Shown here in pieces: positions 41,283-50,124 of a stretch of 64,000 bases of DNA (the stretch's first letter is position 1; every line of letters starts with the position of its first letter). The notes under the pieces are model-generated. The model was not told where the DNA came from. It did no database searches and saw only the letters and a program-made list of their open reading frames with translations. Where the stretch lies: assembly GCA_018223105.1 (NCBI GenBank), contig JAAEYY010000001.1:20476-84475 (forward strand). Direction: 5' to 3'. This DNA is from a bacterium. Its GTDB lineage: Bacteria > Bacteroidota > Bacteroidia > NS11-12g > UBA9320. Made by a program: the position numbers and the translations under genes.

Positions 41283-42583
41283 AATCGTTGGATATGAGCA
41301 CCAAGCGCATTTAGCCTGGTTTCTATATTCTCATAACCTCGATCGATTTGTTCAATATTGTGAATGGTGCTCACGCCTTCGGCAGACATTGCTGCAATTA
41401 GAAGCGAAACACCGGCACGAATGTCTGGGCTGGTCATTGTGATTCCTTTCAGTGGAACCCTGCGATCAAGACCCATTACTGTAGCCCTGTGTGGATCGCA
41501 AAGAATGATCTGAGCTCCCATATCGATGAGGTTATCTACAAAGAACAAACGGCTTTCGAACATCTTTTGGTGTATCAAGACATTACCTTTCGCCTGAGTA
41601 CACATTACCAGAATAACACTTAAAAGGTCAGGAGATAAGCCGGGCCAGGGTGCATCGGAGATCGACATCATACTTCCATCAATGAAAGAATCGATTTCAT
41701 AATGTCGGTTTTCTGGGATGATAATGTCGTCGTTCTTCACTACGAATTGAACTCCCAATTTTTTAAATACGTTCAGAATTAGACCAAGCTGATCCACTCT
41801 TGCATTTTCGATCGTGATTTCAGACTGTGTTAGTGCTGCGAGGCTGATGAAACTTCCAATTTCAATCATGTCGGGAAGCACAGTATGGCTGCATCCACCT
41901 AAGGTGTCAACACCGTCAATGGTAAGCAAGTTAGAACCTACTCCTCGGATCTTAGCTCCCATATCATTCAACATCTTACATAATTGCTGGATGTATGGTT
42001 CACATGCGGCATTATATATTGTTGTGGTTCCTTTGGCCATAACGGCTGCCATCAGAATATTGGCAGTACCGGTAACCGAAGCCTCATTGAGCAGCATGTA
42101 GGTTCCCTGAAGTTTCTTTGACTGTACTTTATAGAAACGGCTGTCTTTGTCGTATTCAAATTTGGCACCTAGGCTTTCAAAGCCAATAAAGTGGGTGTCT
42201 AGTCTTCTTCTTCCGATTTTATCACCTCCGGGGCTGGGGATAAAACCAATTCCGAAACGAGCTAGCATAGGGCCGATAATCATAATAGAACCTCTAATAC
42301 TTGCTCCTTTGGTTTTAAATTCTTCCGTGTGGAAGTAATCTAAATCAATATCGTCTGCTTGAAATGTATAATGACCTTTAGCTTTTCGGACTACTTTCAC
42401 ATTCAGACCCTTAAGTAGATCTATCATTCGGTTCACATCTCTGATCTCCGGAATGTTCTTCAGTTCTACAACCTGGTCTGTTAGCAATACTGCCGGTAAA
42501 ACTTGCAGTGCTTCGTTTTTTGCTCCCTGGGGTACAAGGGTGCCTTTTAATTTGTGTCCCCCTTCTATGCTAAAGGTTCCCAT
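41279..42583 (-). CDS. murA: UDP-N-acetylglucosamine 1-carboxyvinyltransferase MurA
   Basis: Full-length EPSP-synthase-fold match (LVPQGAKNEAL...active Cys region). 434 aa. Confidence 0.95.
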   Translation of the reverse strand: MGTFSIEGGHKLKGTLVPQGAKNEALQVLPAVLLTDQVVELKNIPEIRDVNRMIDLLKGLNVKVVRKAKGHYTFQADDIDLDYFHTEEFKTKGASIRGSIMIIGPMLARFGIGFIPSPGGDKIGRRRLDTHFIGFESLGAKFEYDKDSRFYKVQSKKLQGTYMLLNEASVTGTANILMAAVMAKGTTTIYNAACEPYIQQLCKMLNDMGAKIRGVGSNLLTIDGVDTLGGCSHTVLPDMIEIGSFISLAALTQSEITIENARVDQLGLILNVFKKLGVQFVVKNDDIIIPENRHYEIDSFIDGSMMSISDAPWPGLSPDLLSVILVMCTQAKGNVLIHQKMFESRLFFVDNLIDMGAQIILCDPHRATVMGLDRRVPLKGITMTSPDIRAGVSLLIAAMSAEGVSTIHNIEQIDRGYENIETRLNALGAHIQRL

Positions 42584-43212
42584 TATCTACGACGGAATTT
42601 TTTCTTCTTTTTATTGTTATTTGATTTGTGGGCGGGTCTCTTTTTTCTGGTCTCGTGGTGAATATTTAAGTCTTCAGGGTTTAATTGAAGAGCACCACCC
42701 GATAAATCAGACATATGCTGCGCCACTTGGTTAGGAGTGAGCACTTCATCATTCCAGTTGTTGGAAGAGTTCACCATAAACGAAGCGATATAGTTGATAT
42801 AGCTGGTTTTAAGCTCCCCATCCGGAAGTTCCTTCGCTCCATCAATCATTTCGATAAGGTTTCTTCCATAGAAACGGTATCGTGTTAATACGTCTTTGTA
42901 TCCGATTGGCTCGGGTTTCGCCATTAATTTTTCCGGTGCCGGCTTTTCGAACTTACCGTCGATATCAAGCTCGTACTTCCCCATAATATGGAGATGATCC
43001 CAAAGTGTTTTTTCGTAGTCGTCGAGTTGTTTTACTTCAGGATTAAGGTGAATCATCGCCTGAACAATAGTTCTGGCCATTCTATTTCTTTTATCGCGGT
43101 CTTCAACATCGTTTAGTTGAGCCACCATTTCTTGTATGCTTCTGCCGTATTCCTCCAGAATAATTTTCTCTTTCTGGGTATGATAGGATAATTCCATAAT
43201 AATATTGGACAA
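42583..43212 (-). CDS. DUF4290-type conserved protein upstream of murA, with poly-Lys/Arg C-terminal tail
   Basis: 209 aa. The Bacteroidota-typical murA partner sits here. Tail is KKKKKFRRR. Confidence 0.6.
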   Translation of the reverse strand: MSNIIMELSYHTQKEKIILEEYGRSIQEMVAQLNDVEDRDKRNRMARTIVQAMIHLNPEVKQLDDYEKTLWDHLHIMGKYELDIDGKFEKPAPEKLMAKPEPIGYKDVLTRYRFYGRNLIEMIDGAKELPDGELKTSYINYIASFMVNSSNNWNDEVLTPNQVAQHMSDLSGGALQLNPEDLNIHHETRKKRPAHKSNNNKKKKKFRRR

Positions 43213-43316
43213 AGATAGTTGCCAGAATTAACTAATTGTAAAGCAGAATGTGGAATACCCGGATGTTCTGCTAAAACTACATTAAAATTAGCTTAAGAAG
43301 TGCTGAGACTTAGGAC

Positions 43317-44759
43317 TTAGTATTTTATGCAAACATTTTTTGGCTCTGTAAAGAATCGCAGGGCTTCCCATCCACCTTCTCGTCCTACACCTGAGTTTTT
43401 CATGCCTCCAAAAGGAGTCCTGAGATCGCGGAGTAACCAGCAATTAATCCAGATTATGCCACTTTTTACATTTTGTGCCATAAACTGCGATGTGCTCAAA
43501 TTTTCAGTCCATATGGTGGCAGCAAGTCCATAGCATGTACAGTTTGCAAGAGCTACTGCTTCTTCTTTGGTGTCAAAGGGTTGTATTGTTACCACCGGCC
43601 CAAAGATTTCTTCTTGATTGGTTCGGCATTGCTCATCTAAACCTTCGATTATTGTAGGTCTGATGAACCATCCATTCTTGTTTTCGCCATCCAAATGAAC
43701 GGCTTCTCCTCCTGTTAGTATAGTTCCTCCTTCTTCTTTCGCTAGATTAATGTAGGATAAGACCTTCTCATAATGTGGTTTACTAACAATAGCGCCCATT
43801 CTGGAATCAGGGTCTTTAGGGTCACCTACCTTAAACTTAGAAGTGGCTTCAACAAAAGCATCTCTGAATTTCTCGTAGATGCCTCTTTGAATATATATTC
43901 TACTTCCACAAAGGCAGATTTGTCCTTGATTAGCAAAAGAAGAATTAAGAGTTGTTTTAAGCGCTTTTTCAAAATCACAATCATCAAAAATGATATTTGG
44001 GTTCTTACCACCAAGTTCAAGCGACATCTTTTTAAACTTCGGTGCAAGAACAGAGGCTATTTTAGCACCCGTTGCTGTTCCACCTGTAAAAGAGAGTAAA
44101 TCAATATCATCGTGGTTTACAAGGGCATTACCTGCGTTGGGCCCATTACCGTGAACAATATTTAATACTCCCGCAGGGAACCCTACCTCGATGCAGATTT
44201 CAGATAGCAGGTGTGCAGTCATTGGGGTGATTTCTGATGGCTTAGCGACTACGGTATTTCCGGCAGCTAGTGCAGGAGCAATTTTCCAGGTAAAAAGATA
44301 TAGAGGAAGGTTCCACGGCGAAATGCATGCTGCAACACCAATGGGCTGCTTCAAGGTGTAGTTTATTACTTTTGGAGCCGTTTGATGACTTTCGGATGCA
44401 AAATGTTTAATGCCGGTGGCAAAAAAAGCGAAGTTATCTCGTGCTCTGGGAATGTCGACCTGTGTAGCTAACCATACAGGTTTTCCATTGTCTTTTGATT
44501 CTGCTTCAGCCAGTTCAGCCAGCTTTTCGTTGATGCGATTAGACAGCTTCATAATCCATTCTGAGCGTTGGTCAGCTGTGAGTGTGCTCCAGCCGGGAAA
44601 GGCTCTGCGCGCGGCTTTCACGGCATTGTCCATGTCTTCTTCACCAGAGTCTGGGATGAGGGAATATACTTCTCCTTTCGCCGGATTATAGTTGTCAATA
44701 TATTGGCCGGAGGCCGGTGGAACTAATGCTCCATCTATGTAATTGCTGAGTTTGAACAT
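43317..44759 (-). CDS. NAD(P)-dependent aldehyde dehydrogenase
   Basis: ALDH glutamate and cysteine active sites (LELGGKNP...FANQGQICLCGSRIY) and the EEIFGPV motif. Confidence 0.9.
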   Translation of the reverse strand: MFKLSNYIDGALVPPASGQYIDNYNPAKGEVYSLIPDSGEEDMDNAVKAARRAFPGWSTLTADQRSEWIMKLSNRINEKLAELAEAESKDNGKPVWLATQVDIPRARDNFAFFATGIKHFASESHQTAPKVINYTLKQPIGVAACISPWNLPLYLFTWKIAPALAAGNTVVAKPSEITPMTAHLLSEICIEVGFPAGVLNIVHGNGPNAGNALVNHDDIDLLSFTGGTATGAKIASVLAPKFKKMSLELGGKNPNIIFDDCDFEKALKTTLNSSFANQGQICLCGSRIYIQRGIYEKFRDAFVEATSKFKVGDPKDPDSRMGAIVSKPHYEKVLSYINLAKEEGGTILTGGEAVHLDGENKNGWFIRPTIIEGLDEQCRTNQEEIFGPVVTIQPFDTKEEAVALANCTCYGLAATIWTENLSTSQFMAQNVKSGIIWINCWLLRDLRTPFGGMKNSGVGREGGWEALRFFTEPKNVCIKY

Positions 44760-44917
44760 AACTTGGGCAAAAATAAATAAGCTTTAGCTACTGGTGTCTT
44801 TTAAATTTTCCAATACTTTTGAAGAAGTATTTATAGTGAAAACTAAAACTGGAATTAGTATTGCCATTACAGGGTTGTCCGTTTCAAGATTTAGTTTTTT
44901 AAGAATTCCCTGTACTA

Positions 44918-45379
44918 ATGAATTTATTTGTATCTAACATTGACTACACCATCACTGAAGATGATTTAACCGAGCTATTTAGTAAATATGGACAAGTTGA
45001 GTCCGTTAAAATTCTCATAGATCTCGAGTCAAAAAAATCAAAAGGGTATGGTTTCGTATTAATGGCTGACACCGACAGCGGCATTTTAGCAATTCAAAAC
45101 ATCGACAAAATGAAAATTAATGGTAGACCCATTTCTGTTCAAGTTGCTCGACCAAGACCTGAAGCCGGTGCGCAAAAGAAACAGCCTAGAGAGTTTAACA
45201 CACGTCAAAACAATTATCAAGACCGTCCTCAACGAAGAGAGTATGGAGGTGATCGTGGAAACAGCGGAGGTTATGATAACAACCGCGGTGGAAACTATGA
45301 TAATGGAGGCGGAGACCGTTTTACTAAATCAGGTCGTAAACTAAGACCGAGAAAACCACGTTCAGATTCTGACGAATGA
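44918..45379 (+). CDS. RRM-type RNA-binding protein with Gly/Arg/Asn-rich tail
   Basis: RNP2 (LFVSNI) and RNP1 (KGYGFVLM) motifs. C-terminal GGYDNNRGGNYDNGGG tail. Confidence 0.8.
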   Translation: MNLFVSNIDYTITEDDLTELFSKYGQVESVKILIDLESKKSKGYGFVLMADTDSGILAIQNIDKMKINGRPISVQVARPRPEAGAQKKQPREFNTRQNNYQDRPQRREYGGDRGNSGGYDNNRGGNYDNGGGDRFTKSGRKLRPRKPRSDSDE

Positions 45380-45930
45380 AAAACCTAATCTTTCTCTTTA
45401 GTATTTGTTTTCTATTTGCTTGTGGCAATAAGAAAGCTGTAGTGGAAGAAGCGGTAGCAGTTGAAGAGGAGGAAGTAGTAGAGGATACGGCAGAGGAAAT
45501 GTCGGATGAGGAGAAAGCACTTAGTGCAATATCCAAGGCATTTACTAAAGCTATTGTCGAGAACGATCTCAGTGATATCCAAGAATTTTATCCAAACGTT
45601 GAAGTAGCGAAAGCGCTGGCTCCAAAAGAGACTGAGGGCAAAACGGCGGATGAAATAAAAAGCGAGATGTTAGATCCTTTAGTTCAGAGATTTGAAACTA
45701 ATGTGAAAAACATTCAGACTGAGATGGAAGTGCATAAAGTAAATAAATCCACCTTCAGTTTGGTGAATTACAAATTTGCGGAGAATGACGATCCCACAGT
45801 ATTACCAAGAGTTTTAAGTATTGAATACGACAATAACGGAACAGGTATCAATATTCCGGTTACCGTTGCTAAAATTGGTCTTAATTACTACGTATTTGAA
45901 ATTCTAAATACGCAGAGCATATTTCATTAA
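45376..45930 (+). CDS. Hypothetical acidic lipoprotein
   Basis: Lipobox LFACGNKK. Overlaps upstream stop. Confidence 0.5.
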   Translation: MKNLIFLFSICFLFACGNKKAVVEEAVAVEEEEVVEDTAEEMSDEEKALSAISKAFTKAIVENDLSDIQEFYPNVEVAKALAPKETEGKTADEIKSEMLDPLVQRFETNVKNIQTEMEVHKVNKSTFSLVNYKFAENDDPTVLPRVLSIEYDNNGTGINIPVTVAKIGLNYYVFEILNTQSIFH

Positions 45931-47168
45931 TATTCCGGATTTGGTAGAATGGTTCCTTCACATGAACCAAAACCAATACGATTACCATCTTTCTCGCAGT
46001 ATGCGTTTATTCTGATGCTATCTCCGTCTAGAAGAAACTTGCGGCTTGTGCCATCCTTTAACTCAATAGGCTCTTTTCCGGCCCAGCTAAGCTCAAGCAT
46101 GCTACCAAAGCTCGATTTCTCCTGACCGCTAATTGTACCACTCGCCATCATATCGCCGATGTTTAAGTTACAGCCATTCACCGTGTGATGGGTTAATTGC
46201 TGCGCCATACTCCAATATAAGTACTTGAAATTAGAGTGAGCAATATGAGTTTCAACTCCTTCCGGAGTGATATGAGTTACATCTAGCTTTATATCAAATG
46301 TGCTGTCTTTTCTTCCTTGTAAATAAGGCAATACTTCCGGACTCTGGTCCACTTGATTGGTCCTGAAAGGCTCCAAAGCTTCCATGGTTACAATCCAGGG
46401 TGATACGGTAGAACCGAAATTCTTACCAAGGAATGGTCCTAGTGGAACATATTCCCACTTTTGAATATCTCGAGCACTCCAATCATTGAAGATGAGCTTA
46501 CCAAAAATGTGATCTTCAGCATCTTTAATATGAACCGGTTCCCCTAGTTTATTGGCTTTACCAATAACATAGGCCATTTCGAGTTCAATATCTACTCTTT
46601 GGCTAGGGCCGAAATCCGGTTGAGACTCTCCGGGTTTAATGGTTTGTCCATAAGGTCTTTTTAGCCCGGTTCCACTAATTACGATAGAGCTGGCTCTTCC
46701 GTGATATCCAACCGGAATATGTTTCCAGTTCGGCAAAAGAGGCTCAGAATCGGGTCTAAACATCTTGCCAACATTGGTAGCGTGTTCTTTACTGCTGTAA
46801 AAATCTGTATAATCTCCAACATGAACCGGTATTGCCATCTCAGCACCTTTTCTCTCAATTAAAGCTTTATCCTGAAAGGAATGAAGTATGGAATTTTCTG
46901 TAGTGAGTTGTTCTTGAAGTATCTTTCTTACTTGAGACCAAACTTGTTTGCCACAAGCGATAAAATCGTTAAGTACTGGTGCGCTAAACACAGAAGGATC
47001 GCAGTCGATGGGGTCGAAAATTCCCAATTTACTGCAGACTGCTAAGTCAATGATAGAATCGCCAATTGCAACAGCAGGAGTCTTTCCTCCGTCTCTTACA
47101 ACTATTCCAAAAGGTAAATTATGTATGCTGAAATCTGAGTTTTCAGGAATGGATAACCAAGTCTTCAT
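45927..47168 (-). CDS. Fumarylacetoacetase (tyrosine catabolism)
   Basis: Full-length FAH match including the N-terminal domain (NLPFGI) and the catalytic C-terminal FAH fold. 413 aa. Confidence 0.85.
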   Translation of the reverse strand: MKTWLSIPENSDFSIHNLPFGIVVRDGGKTPAVAIGDSIIDLAVCSKLGIFDPIDCDPSVFSAPVLNDFIACGKQVWSQVRKILQEQLTTENSILHSFQDKALIERKGAEMAIPVHVGDYTDFYSSKEHATNVGKMFRPDSEPLLPNWKHIPVGYHGRASSIVISGTGLKRPYGQTIKPGESQPDFGPSQRVDIELEMAYVIGKANKLGEPVHIKDAEDHIFGKLIFNDWSARDIQKWEYVPLGPFLGKNFGSTVSPWIVTMEALEPFRTNQVDQSPEVLPYLQGRKDSTFDIKLDVTHITPEGVETHIAHSNFKYLYWSMAQQLTHHTVNGCNLNIGDMMASGTISGQEKSSFGSMLELSWAGKEPIELKDGTSRKFLLDGDSIRINAYCEKDGNRIGFGSCEGTILPNPEY

Positions 47169-47172
47169 GTAT

Positions 47173-47231
47173 AAAAAATTAGGCCGCGAAGGTAAGAATT
47201 ATCGTGAACACGTCCTACCTATGCGGCCTAA
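47173..47231 (-). terminator. Rho-independent terminator (minus strand) between the ECF-sigma operon and the fumarylacetoacetase gene
   Basis: Perfect 9-bp inverted repeat ttaggccgc/gcggcctaa with an inner 5-bp stem (aggta/tacct). On the minus strand it is followed by TTTTTT immediately before the FAH start codon. Confidence 0.6.
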
Positions 47232-47252
47232 AATCAAGCGTTTAGTCTAATA

Positions 47253-47867
47253 TTAAAACCAGCCTATCTTTAAGTTGAACCCATAGTTCAGGCCGGTTAA
47301 TGCATTCTCGTGTTCTTCATTGCTGATAGGAGTGGTCATCATGTAGCGAGCTGTTACCCCAAATCTCATGAACTTGGTGAGACTTAATTCTACATTAACC
47401 GCAGGCTCGGCAAACAGATAATTCTCATAATTTCTTCGGTAGGTTCCGTAGTTACCGAATATCTCATCGTTGAAGGATGAAGTCCCCGCACCAATGAGGA
47501 TAGGAAAGGTGACATGAATAGGCTTCGCAGGGAATAGAATAGGTTCAATCAATAAACCTCCGTAACCTCCTTCTAGGTAGTGACCAGAATCCGGGTAGAC
47601 CATGCTTAAATCATTGGAGTATCCAAATCCCCCAACACCAATGCTGAGTCTGTGATTAAATACTGCTGCGGCATAGCCTCCGGCTTTTAAAAATACAGCC
47701 TGATCCAGTTGATTTGAAGTGGCCATAGAGAAGGCGGCATATCCACCGAGTCGGGAGTCTTTTCCCATCAATGTTTGAAGTTCTTCTTTTTGAGTTTCTG
47801 TATCAGCTTGAGCAAAGGTGAAAATGCTTATAACTGAAAGAAACATAGATAAAATAGTTTTTTGCAT
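47253..47867 (-). CDS. Secreted hypothetical beta-rich protein, last gene of ECF-sigma operon
   Basis: Start trimmed to ATG 47867 (MQKTILSMFLSVISIFTFAQA). Gly/aromatic-rich. Confidence 0.5.
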   Translation of the reverse strand: MQKTILSMFLSVISIFTFAQADTETQKEELQTLMGKDSRLGGYAAFSMATSNQLDQAVFLKAGGYAAAVFNHRLSIGVGGFGYSNDLSMVYPDSGHYLEGGYGGLLIEPILFPAKPIHVTFPILIGAGTSSFNDEIFGNYGTYRRNYENYLFAEPAVNVELSLTKFMRFGVTARYMMTTPISNEEHENALTGLNYGFNLKIGWF

Positions 47868-47917
47868 GTGGTTTGTTTTCTTATAGTTACAAGCAAAATT
47901 TTGCAGGGTTGCAGCGA

Positions 47918-48985
47918 TCAACTTTTATTTAGCGAAATTGTGCTGTGATCCCCGTTGATATAGAGTTTTTTAGTAGATGAACCGGCTCCTACTTTACCTT
48001 CAATATGAAAGGAATTGCCATTTATTGAGCCCAAACCCGGAGTGATAATAAGGTCTAACTCTTCTCCTATACCATCTACCTCAAAATTGCAGCCGGGCTC
48101 AAAAGAAAGGTCCACGGTGCTTCTACTTGGACGAATTGTGATGGTATTACAGCTTGCATTGATGTTTTCCAATCTCAATTTTCCATACTTAAGACTGATA
48201 TCTATTTGTTTAGTCAAACCGTTAATCTCAAACTTGCTTAAGCTGGAATTAATATTGGCTTCTCCCAAATTGTCAATTTCAACTTTGTCTCGAGTTGAGA
48301 TCATTTGCAGTTTCTTGATCTCATTAATTTCAAGTGTAGAAGCTTTGGACTCGATCTTTAGGTCTCCTGCTTTACCTAAATCTAATTCTCCAAAGCTTAA
48401 ATCAATCCTACTATCGCCAAGCTCTTTGATGTAAGCATTGACGAAACTAAGTGAAGCAAAACCCAGCTTAGTTATTTTTCCGGCTCTTAAATCCCCGTGA
48501 TCCATATCTAAACTCAGCTCACCTAAATAATCGTTGAGATAAACATTGCCAAACTCATGTTGAATGTTAAGCTTACAAGTACTAGGTAGCCAAATCTTGT
48601 AATTGACCTTGATTTCTTCACCGCTGTAACCTGCTATGTTTTTTATGTTTTTCCATTCTTGTGAGAGGAAATTTTCGTCTATATGAGTACTGATATCTGC
48701 ATAATCAGCATTGAGTCGAGTTATGATATGGGTTCGAGTCATCATCTCCTCGAGTTTACTCAGGTTTTTAGAGCTGCCTTCTATGTTGACCCTGATTCTT
48801 ATGCTGTCTTTAGCCCAGGATGTGATTTGCACCGCACCGTGCTTGCTGTTAATGCTCACTCGGGCATCTTTGTTTATTAGGGCATCTTTCTCTATCCGTT
48901 TTTTATCGGTGAACTGACCGTAGCTGAAGTAAGTCAGCGTAAGGAAGAGTAATAGAAAGCTGCTTAATTTATAGCGATATTGCAT
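47918..48985 (-). CDS. DUF4097-type beta-helix 'putative adhesin' protein
   Basis: Signal peptide, then repetitive beta-strand repeats (e.g. LSLDMDHGDLRAG, IDLSFGELDLG). Sits in an ECF operon. Confidence 0.6.
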   Translation of the reverse strand: MQYRYKLSSFLLLFLTLTYFSYGQFTDKKRIEKDALINKDARVSINSKHGAVQITSWAKDSIRIRVNIEGSSKNLSKLEEMMTRTHIITRLNADYADISTHIDENFLSQEWKNIKNIAGYSGEEIKVNYKIWLPSTCKLNIQHEFGNVYLNDYLGELSLDMDHGDLRAGKITKLGFASLSFVNAYIKELGDSRIDLSFGELDLGKAGDLKIESKASTLEINEIKKLQMISTRDKVEIDNLGEANINSSLSKFEINGLTKQIDISLKYGKLRLENINASCNTITIRPSRSTVDLSFEPGCNFEVDGIGEELDLIITPGLGSINGNSFHIEGKVGAGSSTKKLYINGDHSTISLNKS

Positions 48986-49526
48986 TTTCTTTATTTTTAA
49001 TTTCTTGTTCTTCGTTAATTTCTCGAATCATCGAAAGCACATCTTCCAGCACTTCCAAACGCATTCTATAAGTTTGGATGAGTTCCTGAAGTATAGCTTC
49101 GTTGTTTACATCATTTTTAAGCTCATCAAACAGCCTCAACTTTTCCGCTTGAAGTATGTCAAGTTCTTCCTGGACGTCGGCGGTAAGTTCTTTGTCTACC
49201 CCTTCGGTTTGATCCAGCTCTTGCATAGCAGATACTACTTGCGCTTCGTAGTAGCGGTCCATTTCAGCAATTTCTGCAGGAAGTTGACTTTCTTCTGTTT
49301 TTACAACTTCAGGTTCAGATTTAAACATGGAATAGACTCCAAATGCAGCTAAACCGATGATAAGAATAGCGGCAACTTGCTGAAGTCGAGGCATCCATTG
49401 GATAATTCTCGTTTTCTTAGGCTTTCTCTTTTCTTTGATCTTGTCCCAAGCACCCGCAGGTACTTCAGAACGATCGAAATCTTCCCTGTTGTTGCGAACA
49501 AATTTTTCAAACTGATCTTCTTGCAT
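48969..49526 (-). CDS. Putative anti-sigma factor (single central TM helix)
   Basis: One TM helix (VAAILIIGLAAFGVYSMF) and a position immediately downstream of the ECF sigma gene. The start is uncertain and overlaps the sigma gene. Confidence 0.5.
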   Translation of the reverse strand: MQEDQFEKFVRNNREDFDRSEVPAGAWDKIKEKRKPKKTRIIQWMPRLQQVAAILIIGLAAFGVYSMFKSEPEVVKTEESQLPAEIAEMDRYYEAQVVSAMQELDQTEGVDKELTADVQEELDILQAEKLRLFDELKNDVNNEAILQELIQTYRMRLEVLEDVLSMIREINEEQEIKNKENAISL

Positions 49527-50076
49527 GGCGATTCTGTTTAATGAGTTCTTTAAGTTTAGCTTTTGCCCTTGAATATTGGGATTTTGAGGTGGAGGTGCTG
49601 ATTCCCAGGATCTCAGCAATTTCTCCATGATCATATCCTTCTATTAAGTACAAGCTGAAAATTTCTCTATAACCATCAGGCAATTGCATCATTGCTCGAT
49701 GTATTTCCTCTACCGAATGATTAGTGCCTTCTTCATCCGGACTCTCATCCGTAATGGCATATGCGTGCACGTCTTCATCCAGCGAATAGTCAATACTTCG
49801 TTTGTTCTGATGATTAATACTTAAGTTGATTGCGATTCGCTTAGACCAAGTATAAAAACTATACTGATCTGAATAGGTATGAATCTTACTGAAAATATTG
49901 ACGAAGGTGTCTTGTAAAAGGTCTTCGGCAACTTCAGCGCGACCCACTATTCTCAAGCAACTGTTATACAGTGCTTTGGAATAGCGCGTATAAAGTTCGA
50001 ATTCTGCCCGGGAGTCTCCTTTTTTACAGGCTTCAATCAGCTCTATATGTGAACCTTGCTTTGCGATAGCGATCAA
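49507..50076 (-). CDS. RNA polymerase ECF-type sigma-70 factor
   Basis: Region 2 (LLQDTFVNIF...YSFYTW) and region 4 HTH (IFSLYLIEGYDHGEIAEILGIS.STSKSQ.SRA). Confidence 0.85.
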   Translation of the reverse strand: MIAIAKQGSHIELIEACKKGDSRAEFELYTRYSKALYNSCLRIVGRAEVAEDLLQDTFVNIFSKIHTYSDQYSFYTWSKRIAINLSINHQNKRSIDYSLDEDVHAYAITDESPDEEGTNHSVEEIHRAMMQLPDGYREIFSLYLIEGYDHGEIAEILGISTSTSKSQYSRAKAKLKELIKQNRHARRSV

Positions 50077-50124
50077 CTAAATTAACATACAAAGCTTTTA
50101 ATAGAAGGTTGCAGCTAAATAAAA

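Noticed and set aside
49527-49634. Longer anti-sigma ORF start at 49634
   Set aside because: It would overlap the ECF sigma gene by 128 nt in a different frame. The internal ATG 49526 reduces the overlap to 20 nt, though the start remains uncertain.
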